A stretch of DNA of 64,000 bases from the NCBI GenBank assembly GCA_045654725.1, contig JAZONX010000039.1, positions 6,747 through 70,746 on the forward strand. Reading direction: 5' to 3'. How positions within the stretch are numbered: position 1 is the stretch's first letter; each line of letters opens with the position of its first letter. This DNA comes from Eubacteriales bacterium (GTDB lineage: Bacteria; Bacillota; Clostridia; Oscillospirales; CAG-272). Shown in pieces: positions 45,104 through 54,392 of this stretch. The position numbers were made by a program, and so were the translations under genes. The notes under the pieces are model-generated. The model did not search any database. It was not told the origin of the DNA and saw only the letters and a program-made list of their open reading frames with translations.

Positions 45104-46069
45104 TTATTTCTGAACAAGGTGAATTGCGAAGCCGCAGATCTCGTCCTTGAAGTAAACGAACTTGGGTTTTCCGCTCTTTTCGTCGTAGGTGATGCTGGAC
45201 TCGTCGAATTCGAAGCCCATTCTGGTGAAGTAAGCCATTGCGCGATCAACAAAGTTGGTTCTGATGCCGATGTGACCGTGTGCGCCGGGACCTTTCTTGT
45301 ACATGAGCTCGAGACACTCGCCTGCAAATGTGGACTTGCTTGTCTCTCTGAGAGGCATACCAAACATAAGTGAGAAGAGCTTTGCGCCCTTTTCAGCCTC
45401 TTCCTTCGACTCGTTGTTGATGCCCATGTGAACGAACTCAAGACCAAGCATGGTCTTAACAGCATTCTTGGTGAGTGCTGTGATCTCATCCCACTTCTTC
45501 TCTCTTACAAGATCGTCAGCAACCATGAAGGAGCCGCCGCAAGCTACGATCTTGTTGAACTTGAGGTAGTCGAGAAGGTTGTTTGCATTGATACCGCCGG
45601 TAGGCATAAAGGTAAGCTGACCGTAGGGAGCAGCCATGGCCTTAAGCATCTTAAGACCGCCTGCAGCCTCTGCAGGGAAGAACTTAACGGTAGTAAGTCC
45701 GAGCTCGAGAGCAGCCTCAATATCGGAGGGATTGGCACAACCGGGAAGCATGGGAACACCCTTGGAGAGAGCGTAGCCGGTAACCTTGGGGTTGAGGCCG
45801 GGGGAAACGAGGAACTTGGAGCCTGCTGCGATAGCCGCATCAACCTGCTCGGTTGTAAGAACGGTACCTGCACCTACAAGCATCTCGGGGTAAGCATCGG
45901 TAATCCTCTTGATTGCATCAGCAGCACAAGCTGTTCTGAAGGTAATCTCTGCCGCGGGAAGACCGCCGTCGATAAGAGCCTTCGCTAGGGGAACTGCATC
46001 CTCTGCGTTCTCAATCTTAATTACGGGAATAAGGCCGATGGAATAGAGTTCTTTAATCATATCATTCAT
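45104..46069 (-). CDS. eda: KDPG/KHG aldolase (Eda) fused to a C-terminal VOC/glyoxalase-like domain
   Basis: The N-terminal ~210 aa carry GLIPVIKIENAEDAVPLAKALIDGGLPAAEITFRT and VGAGTVL…KFFPA, typical of Eda. The C-terminal ~110 aa have a beta-alpha-beta-beta-beta pattern with HMGI…HIGI. Confidence 0.85.
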   Translation of the reverse strand: MNDMIKELYSIGLIPVIKIENAEDAVPLAKALIDGGLPAAEITFRTACAADAIKRITDAYPEMLVGAGTVLTTEQVDAAIAAGSKFLVSPGLNPKVTGYALSKGVPMLPGCANPSDIEAALELGLTTVKFFPAEAAGGLKMLKAMAAPYGQLTFMPTGGINANNLLDYLKFNKIVACGGSFMVADDLVREKKWDEITALTKNAVKTMLGLEFVHMGINNESKEEAEKGAKLFSLMFGMPLRETSKSTFAGECLELMYKKGPGAHGHIGIRTNFVDRAMAYFTRMGFEFDESSITYDEKSGKPKFVYFKDEICGFAIHLVQK

Positions 46070-46279
46070 TTTGGTATGCTCCTTTTTGCATATTATATCA
46101 TTTTAATTATACAATAATTATTAACCGTGGTAAATTGCAAAAGTTGCTATTTCGTATTGCAAAAGTTGACATTGAAATGTTTTTTCTGTTTTGTTTTTAT
46201 TTAAGAAATCTTCTCACTTGACAATAAAAGCGAATTATACTATAATTATTTTAATAAATCTAGCAAAGGAGGGCGAGGA

Positions 46280-49200
46280 ATGTTAAAAATAGTCAAAAGC
46301 GGATTTTCATCCTCGGCAAGAGAGGCGTTCTATGATAGAATTGCGACTCTTGTGAAAGAAGAAAAACGCGCTTTTCTTATAGTTCCCGAGCAGCAGACCG
46401 TAATGGCAGAAAGCCTGATGTCGAGAATTTTGCCTCCTTCCTCTGCTCTTTGCTTCGAGGTGACTAACTTCACAAGACTTGCGAACACAACCTTCCGTTC
46501 TCTCGGCGGTCTGTCTGGCGAGTATTGTGATTCGGCAAAAAAATCCCTTATAATGTGGCGCACACTCACCGAGCTCTCCCCCACGCTTTCAATGACCTCG
46601 GGAAGGGGAGAAATAAATGCCGGCCTTGTTGAGTCGGCTCTTGCCGCGGTATCCGAGATGCAGAATAAGGGGATTTCTCCCGCCGGGCTTCTCGAGGTCT
46701 GCGAAATGGATGAAATCAAGACTGATCGCCGACTTTTATCGCGAATTTCCGACCTGGCGAGCATCTACTCACTTTACAAGAGTCTTCTTTCCGAGCGCTA
46801 TCAGGATACGGGCGATGATGCTGACGCTATGATAAAGAGACTCGAGCAGAATCCAGGTTTCCTTGCAGATAGCGAGATATTTATAGAGGGCTTCACGTCA
46901 TTCACCGAGCCCCAGTATAGGCTTATCGCTCTCCTTGGCGAAAGATGTCCCGTTAGCGTTGCGCTTACGCTGCCTAAGGGGAGGGAAGAGGCATTTGAGT
47001 TTTCTGAAATAGCCGATACCGAACGTAGACTCATCAGCCACACAAGGCGCAGAGGCGTTGGCATTAAGCTTTCGAGAGAAGAAGGACGCTTACACAAAAT
47101 TAAAGAGGAGCTCGACCTGATTTCTGCTCGTTTGTGGTCAACAATAAGAACAAATGACAAGATAAGTTTACAAAACAACGATAGTTTGCGCATTTTTGAG
47201 GCTAAAACCCCGTATGAAGAATGCTCGTTTATTTGCGATGACATTAAGCGTAGAGTGATGAGTGGCGCATCCTACTCCGACTTTGCCATTATAGCTCGAT
47301 GCTGCGAGAGATATGACGGAATTCTCGATTCCGCCTTGAATGCTGCAAAAATTCCTGCATTTACTTCATATCGCAAGGATATACAGGAATTTGAGGCCAT
47401 AAAGCTTATCTATACCGCTTACGCTGTGTGCCGCGGATTTAGACGTGAGGACGTTATTAGCTACGCGAAGTGTGCTCTTGCCGGTGTGAGCAGGGAAGAA
47501 TGCGACGAATTTGAGATGTACGTCAACAAATGGCAGATTAGTGGTAGACGTTTTATGGACGACGCTGTCTGGAATATGAATCCTGCCGGTTACACTTCAA
47601 AAAAGAGTGAAAATAACGCAGAAAAGCTGATGCGTATACACGATATTCGCACAAGAATTACCGAACCACTGCTGGAATTATACCGCGATGTGCGAGCGGC
47701 GGCAACTGTTAGGGCGCAGGCGGAATGCCTTTTGAACTTCCTTTTGAGAATTGATCTTGAGAGATCTCTTGAGGCTAGGGCGGATCATCTTGCAAGCCTT
47801 GGCGAATCGGCTCTCGCCGAAGAAAATCGCACTCTCTGGAGGCTGATTTGCAACGCGCTTGACATTATTGTTACCGTGCTTGACGATATGCCTGCAGATT
47901 TTGAGGTCTTCCTTTCCCAGCTTAAGGTTGTTCTTTCGGCTACCGATATTGGCAGAATTCCTGCCTTTGTAGATCAGGTGACCGTGGGCGGCGCAGAGAT
48001 GCTTCGTCTTTACAACAAGCCTCACATCTATCTAATTGGAGTTAACGCAGGGGTATTTCCTGCGACTGTTAGTGATCGCTCATATTTCTCCGAGAGAGAT
48101 CGACGATTGCTCTCATCGGCGGGACTTGCCCTCTCGCCCGAGCTTGAAATTAAGGGTGCGCGAGAGCTATATATCTTCAGCAGAGCTTTTTCCTATGCCA
48201 CCGAGAGCGTTACGCTCTCCTATTCCTCTGCCGATACGAGATTTAAGGCGATAGATCCTGCTGAGGTTGTGCAAAAGATACTTGATCTCACAGGCGGAGC
48301 GGTTAAGGTGAGAAAAATTTCCGATCTCGACGCAAAAGACAGACTTTTTACGGCTAAAAATGCCCTTAACGAGCTTGGACAGACCGAGAAAAATTACGCC
48401 GACATCAAGGATGCTCTTGTTAGGGCGGGTTACGATGAAAGGGTGAAAATCTGCGAGGGAGATATATCGAATAGCAAAATCTCGCTGGGTCTTGAGGTTG
48501 TTGACGGACTGAAAAACAAAACGCTCACGCTATCACAGAGTAAAATCGACTCCTACGTTAGCTGTCCATTCGGTTATTTCTGCCGATACGCAATAAATCT
48601 CTCGGCTGATGAGCGCGCGGAGTTTGACGCCGGAAGCATCGGTTCTTTCATTCATGGAATACTTGAAAACTTCTTCCGCGCTCTCTCCCGGGAGGGCAGA
48701 AGCTCCGGCGAGCTTTCGAAGGATGAGAGAATTGCTCTTACAAAGGCTGCTGCGGAGAAATATATATCCGACCTTGGCGAGGACATGCTCTCGCAGTCGG
48801 TTAGAACAAAAATCAAAATAGACAGACTCTGTCGCGCGGCAATTCCCGTTGTTGACGGACTTTGCGACGAGTTTAGCAAATCGGCATTTGAGCCGAGATA
48901 TTTCGAGCTTTTCATCGGTCGTGATGCAGAGGCTCCCGATCCCATCGAGATGAAGACCGACAATGGCATCATAAAAATCTACGGAGTCATAGACCGAGTT
49001 GATGCATATAAGCGCGGCGAGGACGTTTACCTGCGAGTTATAGACTACAAGACGGGTCAGAAGGCGTTTTCTCCCGACGATCTCGCGGAAGGCTCTAATT
49101 TGCAGATGTTCCTCTATTTGAAGGCTCTCGTTGAAAGCCAAAAGGATGAGTACAAAAAGAGTCTTGGCATTGGTGAGAGCGGAAAAATCATTCCTGCAGG

Positions 49201-49573
49201 AGTTATCTATGTAAAGACTGCGGTGAGCGACGTTAGAATTGACACTCCCGATGATACACTTGCGGAAATGGCGGTGAAGGAGGCGCAGGAGCGTGAGGGT
49301 ATGATGCTTGACGACCCTGATGTGATCTCTGCGATGACGCTTCGCTATTCGCCGGTGTATTCGCCCTCATATCCCGATGAAATCCGTCAAAACAAGCGAC
49401 ATCTTCTCTATACGGAGGAGTCCTGGGGCGACCTTATGAAGACGGTTGAGGACGCGGTGCTGAACGTCTCGGACGGAATTCGCGAGGGAATAATGGACGC
49501 ATCTCCCAATGAGCGCAAAGGAAAATCTCCCTGCGAATATTGCGAATTTAAACCAATCTGCCGAAAGGCGTAA
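46280..49573 (+). CDS. addB: ATP-dependent helicase/deoxyribonuclease subunit B (AddB/RexB)
   Basis: FLIVPEQQT N-terminus, PD-(D/E)XK nuclease GVIDRVD…VIDYKTGQK, and Fe-S cysteines CPFGYFC plus CEYCEFKPIC. Confidence 0.9.
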   Translation: MLKIVKSGFSSSAREAFYDRIATLVKEEKRAFLIVPEQQTVMAESLMSRILPPSSALCFEVTNFTRLANTTFRSLGGLSGEYCDSAKKSLIMWRTLTELSPTLSMTSGRGEINAGLVESALAAVSEMQNKGISPAGLLEVCEMDEIKTDRRLLSRISDLASIYSLYKSLLSERYQDTGDDADAMIKRLEQNPGFLADSEIFIEGFTSFTEPQYRLIALLGERCPVSVALTLPKGREEAFEFSEIADTERRLISHTRRRGVGIKLSREEGRLHKIKEELDLISARLWSTIRTNDKISLQNNDSLRIFEAKTPYEECSFICDDIKRRVMSGASYSDFAIIARCCERYDGILDSALNAAKIPAFTSYRKDIQEFEAIKLIYTAYAVCRGFRREDVISYAKCALAGVSREECDEFEMYVNKWQISGRRFMDDAVWNMNPAGYTSKKSENNAEKLMRIHDIRTRITEPLLELYRDVRAAATVRAQAECLLNFLLRIDLERSLEARADHLASLGESALAEENRTLWRLICNALDIIVTVLDDMPADFEVFLSQLKVVLSATDIGRIPAFVDQVTVGGAEMLRLYNKPHIYLIGVNAGVFPATVSDRSYFSERDRRLLSSAGLALSPELEIKGARELYIFSRAFSYATESVTLSYSSADTRFKAIDPAEVVQKILDLTGGAVKVRKISDLDAKDRLFTAKNALNELGQTEKNYADIKDALVRAGYDERVKICEGDISNSKISLGLEVVDGLKNKTLTLSQSKIDSYVSCPFGYFCRYAINLSADERAEFDAGSIGSFIHGILENFFRALSREGRSSGELSKDERIALTKAAAEKYISDLGEDMLSQSVRTKIKIDRLCRAAIPVVDGLCDEFSKSAFEPRYFELFIGRDAEAPDPIEMKTDNGIIKIYGVIDRVDAYKRGEDVYLRVIDYKTGQKAFSPDDLAEGSNLQMFLYLKALVESQKDEYKKSLGIGESGKIIPAGVIYVKTAVSDVRIDTPDDTLAEMAVKEAQEREGMMLDDPDVISAMTLRYSPVYSPSYPDEIRQNKRHLLYTEESWGDLMKTVEDAVLNVSDGIREGIMDASPNERKGKSPCEYCEFKPICRKA

Positions 49574-49582
49574 TAATAAAAA

Positions 49583-49607
49583 GAGCGACCGGTTTTGTCG
49601 GTCGCTC
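49583..49607. terminator. Bidirectional terminator between addB and the methyltransferase gene
   Basis: GAGCGACCG-GTTTTGT-CGGTCGCTC with A-rich and T-rich flanks. Confidence 0.75.
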
Positions 49608-49639
49608 AAATCTTTTGTTTTTTGCCAGAAAATCCTTAA

Positions 49640-51157
49640 TTATCTCTTCTCGATAATGTGTAAGGTGGGATTTACGATCTGGTCACATACCATAACAGAG
49701 GTCTGTCTCGCGGACATGAGTCGCATACCGATGTTCTCGATGATGTGGCGGGGAGGAAGGGGAAGATCCTTCATCTCCTTGGAGTTGATCTGCTTGGACT
49801 TGGACATAATAGAAATGTATCTGTCGTAGATTGTTGAATTGAGAAGCGCGAACAAACCGAATACAAGTCTGGGGCTGATCTCTGCGTTTTTATCAATAGT
49901 ATCGATGAAATTGATCTTGTTGTGAGTGCTTATGTACTTGAAGTTGGGGAGCTGCGCCGCCATATAAATTGCGGAATTTACGAATCTCTCATCGCTCTTT
50001 GCGGGAACGCGCTTGATGATGATCATATTCTTGTTCTTCTGAACAAGTCTGGGATTAACGAGCGCGATATACTGATGCTTGATGGGCTGGGGGAAGTTAA
50101 TCTGCCCGCCCTTCATAGCCGCGGGACGGAGAAGCGGAACCGCGTTCTTGATGGGATCTGTAAAGAGAAGACCCTCGCACTTGGAATCGATTACAAGACC
50201 GGTGGACATCTTGAGCCCCAGACTGGTAAGAGTTTCGGGAAGATCTGAGATGTGCTTAACGATCTTTGTATCCTCAAGGCTCTTGGGAAGAGTGAGGGTG
50301 CCGTCTTCATTGTCAACAACGAAATTATAGGGAATTGAGGAGAGGGGTGTGACCTCTGTGCCATCATCAACCGACGTGGTGATGTCGATGGTAGCCTTCT
50401 TTTCTGTGTTTGCATAAGAGAGAATAAAGGATTTTTTAAGAGGAACTGCGCGCTTCTGATTCTTCTGCTTGCCTACAAAGAGGTGAACCTTCTCGAGAGC
50501 GAGAGCGTCTGCAATCTCCTTACGGAAGGAGCTCAAACCCGCGGAGGTAGCGCAGAGGGTGGGAAGCATAATAACAAGTCTACCGCCATCTTCAAGATGC
50601 TTTGCGGCAACGCGAGCGAAAAGATATGCCGCGCTTGTCTTAAGCTGTGTCACACCGCCAACCGAGAGAGCCTCGGGGGACTGCTTGTCCAAAAGATCGA
50701 GAGGCGGATTGCAGATGATAATATCAAACTTATCCTCGTGGATTTCGTCGAAGAGGGCAACGGTGTAGTGGCTCTTATAATCAACGAGATAGTTTTCCTC
50801 ATAAACGGTAACGTAAAGCTTTACGCCGTAGTCGTGGCGGCATTTTTTTCTGATTCTCTCAAGGTTATCGTGAAGCATTGGGAGATAAAGAGCATTATTC
50901 TCGTAGCAGGTGATGAAAATCTGCTTTGCGGAAGGACACTTTTTGCAAATCTCCTCGATTGCCGCTGCGGCGAGAATGCCTGTACCTGCACCGGGATCAA
51001 GAATTGTGTATACAGTTTTATTGTCGTCAAGAGTAAGCATACCTGCCATAAGGCGTGCGGTATCCTTTTTTGTGAAAAGTCTGCCAAGACGAACGTTATC
51101 GCTCTTGGATTTTTCTCTTATAAGTTTATTGGTGTTTCTTACAGCTAAGTTAAGCAT
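49640..51157 (-). CDS. Orphan gamma-class N6-adenine DNA methyltransferase (Eco57I/TaqI-like) with C-terminal target-recognition domain
   Basis: Motif I ILDPGAGTGILAAAA. Motif IV reads IICNPPLD (NPPL at 50699-50710). Start set at ATG 51157 after GGGAGG. No nuclease gene is adjacent. Confidence 0.75.
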   Translation of the reverse strand: MLNLAVRNTNKLIREKSKSDNVRLGRLFTKKDTARLMAGMLTLDDNKTVYTILDPGAGTGILAAAAIEEICKKCPSAKQIFITCYENNALYLPMLHDNLERIRKKCRHDYGVKLYVTVYEENYLVDYKSHYTVALFDEIHEDKFDIIICNPPLDLLDKQSPEALSVGGVTQLKTSAAYLFARVAAKHLEDGGRLVIMLPTLCATSAGLSSFRKEIADALALEKVHLFVGKQKNQKRAVPLKKSFILSYANTEKKATIDITTSVDDGTEVTPLSSIPYNFVVDNEDGTLTLPKSLEDTKIVKHISDLPETLTSLGLKMSTGLVIDSKCEGLLFTDPIKNAVPLLRPAAMKGGQINFPQPIKHQYIALVNPRLVQKNKNMIIIKRVPAKSDERFVNSAIYMAAQLPNFKYISTHNKINFIDTIDKNAEISPRLVFGLFALLNSTIYDRYISIMSKSKQINSKEMKDLPLPPRHIIENIGMRLMSARQTSVMVCDQIVNPTLHIIEKR

Positions 51158-51357
51158 ATTAACCTCCCAAAAAATTCTGCCTTGATTTATCAACTAATAT
51201 TTTATCATAGTTTTTTCCTCTTTGCAAGATATTTTTAAGTTTTTTAGCAAAAAATGTTGCAAAAGGTTCAGAAAGATGATATACTATTGATGATATAAAA
51301 CATTTATCCTTTGGCGGAAGCATATTTCTGCTGAAAAAGAAGGGAAGGTACATATAA

Positions 51358-52509
51358 ATGAGCGAAAAGAGTCAAGGCTTGGTTATCAAGTTCCTCCACT
51401 GCGGAGATATACATCTTGACACACCTTTTACAGGCTTGTCCCCCGAGAAGAGTGATGAGAGAAGAGTCGGACTTCGCCAAAATTTCATGAAGATGATGGA
51501 GTACGTTCGCGGTGCAGGAATTAACTACGTTCTTATCAGTGGCGACCTCTTTGAAACCGAGTGCGCAACCAATAACACCGCAGAGCTTCTTGTTCGTGAG
51601 TTTCGCAACTCTCCCAATACAAAATTTATCATTGCTCCCGGCAGATACGATTGCTACGGTGATAACCCCATTTATACATCGGGCAGACTTCCTTCCAACT
51701 GCTATGTTTTTACAAGCGATAAGATCGACAGATTTGATTTCGAGGAAGACAAAGTTGTTATCTACGGTTGGGCGTTCGTCGAAGATAGTATCGTAGAGAA
51801 CCCACTCTACAACAGAACCGTTGGCGACAGCTCGAAGATCAATTTCGTTTGTGGCTATGCGGATATTGACGGTTCGATCGACTCCACCTGCTGTCCTATT
51901 GCGACAACCGACCTTAAGAAATTCGGTGCTGATTACTATGCATTCGGCTCAAGACACGAGGGCGGTGACTTTGTCAATCTCGGCTCTGCGATGTACGGAT
52001 ATTCGGGTGCGCTCGAGTCTACCGGCTTTGATGAGCCCGGCATAGGCGGTGCAAAGCTTATTACTGTTAAGTATGATAACGGCGAAATGTCCATGGATGC
52101 AAAAAATCTCAGCTTCGGACAGATCGTTTTCAGAAAGGAAACGATAGACGTTACTGGTGTTGATAGCGGAGCGGAGATCGTAAAGCGTGTCAGCGCGCTT
52201 GTCAGCGAGAAAAAGTACGGTGCAGAAACCGCACTTTGCCTTGAATTCACCGGCAATATCGATCCCACATTTATTCTCCCCAAGAATCTTGGCAGCGATG
52301 CCTTCGGACTCTACTCCTTCGAGATGAAGGATAAGACTTTGCCTCTTTACGGAGTTGAGCCCTTCAAGCGCGATATGTCGGTTAAAGGCGAGCTCTTCCG
52401 CCAGCTTCTTCCCATGCTTGAGAGCAAGAGTGAGGAGGAGCGTCTTCTCGGTGCCCGCGCATTCCGTGAAGGTCTTGCTGCGCTTGAAAATAGAGAAATT
52501 GAAACCTAA
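51358..52509 (+). CDS. SbcD/YhaO-like calcineurin-fold metallophosphoesterase homologue (motifs partly degenerate)
   Basis: Motif I CGDIHLD and motif II SGDLFE are present. The GNHD position reads PGRYD, and the later His motifs read CGYAD and GSRHEGG. Confidence 0.6.
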   Translation: MSEKSQGLVIKFLHCGDIHLDTPFTGLSPEKSDERRVGLRQNFMKMMEYVRGAGINYVLISGDLFETECATNNTAELLVREFRNSPNTKFIIAPGRYDCYGDNPIYTSGRLPSNCYVFTSDKIDRFDFEEDKVVIYGWAFVEDSIVENPLYNRTVGDSSKINFVCGYADIDGSIDSTCCPIATTDLKKFGADYYAFGSRHEGGDFVNLGSAMYGYSGALESTGFDEPGIGGAKLITVKYDNGEMSMDAKNLSFGQIVFRKETIDVTGVDSGAEIVKRVSALVSEKKYGAETALCLEFTGNIDPTFILPKNLGSDAFGLYSFEMKDKTLPLYGVEPFKRDMSVKGELFRQLLPMLESKSEEERLLGARAFREGLAALENREIET

Positions 52510-52610
52510 TAACGTAATATAAAAAATACAAAAGAGACGGCATTGCTGCCGTCTCTTTTTTTGAAAAAACATCATACTCTGTAAAGTATAGTTGTCAAAT
52601 AGACTCTTTT

Positions 52611-54380
52611 TTAGATTTTTGTGTCCCACATACCGCAGAATGAATCGATGGGATCCTTGCCTCTAAATTCGCCAGTTACCAGCGACTCAACGAGCGCGTC
52701 CATGGTGTGATCCGCGGAGTCGTACGCGTTGATGTAGGTGCGGAGCATAGGACAGTCTGCGAGCATTGTGGGCTTGTTTACGCTGATGCCCACTACGGGA
52801 AGCTCGTGAACGTACCACGGAATTTCTCCGCCGCCCTTGGAAAGACCGAAGGAGGGGTGACCGTTCATAACGTCAAATAGCGAGATTACGAGATCCTGCT
52901 CGCTAACGAAGTCTGCGATGGAGTGCTTACCAGCGAAATAAATGTTAAGGCTGGGCTTTTCGCCTCTCGCCATCATTGCCTTGATCTTATCGATGTGGCT
53001 TTCGTAGATGAATACCTCAAATCCCTTTGCTTCGAGACGCTCTTTGAGCTTTTCTGCGGGTGTCTTTCTCTGCATACCACCACCCATTGCCATAGCCGCC
53101 AGCGCCATAAGAGGATTGTCAACGCCCTTGATGGGAACGATCATGATTCTCTTGGTCTTATCGGGGGAGAGAGGAAGAACGTCGCGGTCAAGATTCTTTA
53201 CAAGGGTGATCGCATCTCTACTAATCGCGGGCGCGTATGCGTTGAATTCAGGATTGTGAAGAATGGACTGAAGCTCCTCGCCGGAGGGACAAAGTTCTTC
53301 TTTTGCTTTCTTGTTAAGACCTATCTTAGCCTTGAGGCCGAGAATTCTCGTGAGAGCCTCGGTCATGCGCTCCTCGGAGATAATACCACTCTTGTAAGCA
53401 TCGAGCATGGTATTGTAGTCCTCATCGGGATCGTTAAAGAAGAGGAACATATCGCAGCCTGCGTTGATGGAGAGAGGAAGCATCTCCTTACGCTTCATTC
53501 TGTTGGTCATGCCAACCATGTGGCTGGCGTCTGTAACAACCATTCCGTTGAAGCTGAGCTCTCCGCGAAGAAGGTCGGTCATGATCTCCTTGCAAAGGGT
53601 TGCGGGAAGGATTTCTTCCGGACGTATATCTGCTTTTATGTCCTTCATAAGGTTGGGCATAAGAATATGACCGCCCATAATTGCGTCGAGGCCGCCGTCG
53701 ATGAGGGTCTTGTATACGTGGCCGTAGGTAGCCATCCACTTGTCGTGGTCGAAGTTGTTAATGTTGTTGGAAATGTGAGCGTCACGGTAATCCTGACCAT
53801 TGCCGGGGAAGTGCTTTGCGGTCGATGCAACGCCGGGAGTCTGGTGGATACCGTTCATATAAGCCTTGCCCATAGCGGCAACTCTCTCGGGATCGTTACC
53901 GAATGCACGGGAGAGAACCTCTTCGCACTCGTGGTTGTAAAGTATGTCAACTACGGGAGCAAACGCCATGTTACAGCCGGTAGCGGCAATCTGCGCGCCA
54001 GAAACCTTTCCCATAGCCTCTGCATATTCGTTCTTGCCGGTAGCACCGACCTTAATACCCGCGCCAACGGTTGTACCGTCGGGACATACACCGTCGCCAC
54101 CCTTTTCTGGGTTGCAGGCGATGAACACGGGAATTTTCGCGTACTTCTGAAGGATTTTGTTCTGCTCCAAAACCTTCTCACCGGGCATACCGTTATAGCG
54201 ACAGCCACCGAGGTGATATTTTTCCATCAACTCCTTGAGATATTCCTCGTCCTGGCTCGCTGTAAGCTGGAAGAAGAGCTGACCTACCTTTTCCTCGTCG
54301 CTCATGCCTAAAATGGTTTGATTTACCCATTCGATGTCGGCATCCGACAGGTTGTAGGGTTTTGCTTTAAGATCTACCAT
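52611..54380 (-). CDS. Glycoside hydrolase family 3 (NagZ/beta-hexosaminidase or beta-glucosidase-like)
   Basis: KHFPGNGQDYRDAH and GMVVTDASHM nucleophile context, plus a C-terminal alpha/beta sandwich domain. Confidence 0.8.
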   Translation of the reverse strand: MVDLKAKPYNLSDADIEWVNQTILGMSDEEKVGQLFFQLTASQDEEYLKELMEKYHLGGCRYNGMPGEKVLEQNKILQKYAKIPVFIACNPEKGGDGVCPDGTTVGAGIKVGATGKNEYAEAMGKVSGAQIAATGCNMAFAPVVDILYNHECEEVLSRAFGNDPERVAAMGKAYMNGIHQTPGVASTAKHFPGNGQDYRDAHISNNINNFDHDKWMATYGHVYKTLIDGGLDAIMGGHILMPNLMKDIKADIRPEEILPATLCKEIMTDLLRGELSFNGMVVTDASHMVGMTNRMKRKEMLPLSINAGCDMFLFFNDPDEDYNTMLDAYKSGIISEERMTEALTRILGLKAKIGLNKKAKEELCPSGEELQSILHNPEFNAYAPAISRDAITLVKNLDRDVLPLSPDKTKRIMIVPIKGVDNPLMALAAMAMGGGMQRKTPAEKLKERLEAKGFEVFIYESHIDKIKAMMARGEKPSLNIYFAGKHSIADFVSEQDLVISLFDVMNGHPSFGLSKGGGEIPWYVHELPVVGISVNKPTMLADCPMLRTYINAYDSADHTMDALVESLVTGEFRGKDPIDSFCGMWDTKI

Positions 54381-54392
54381 TACTTTACTCCT

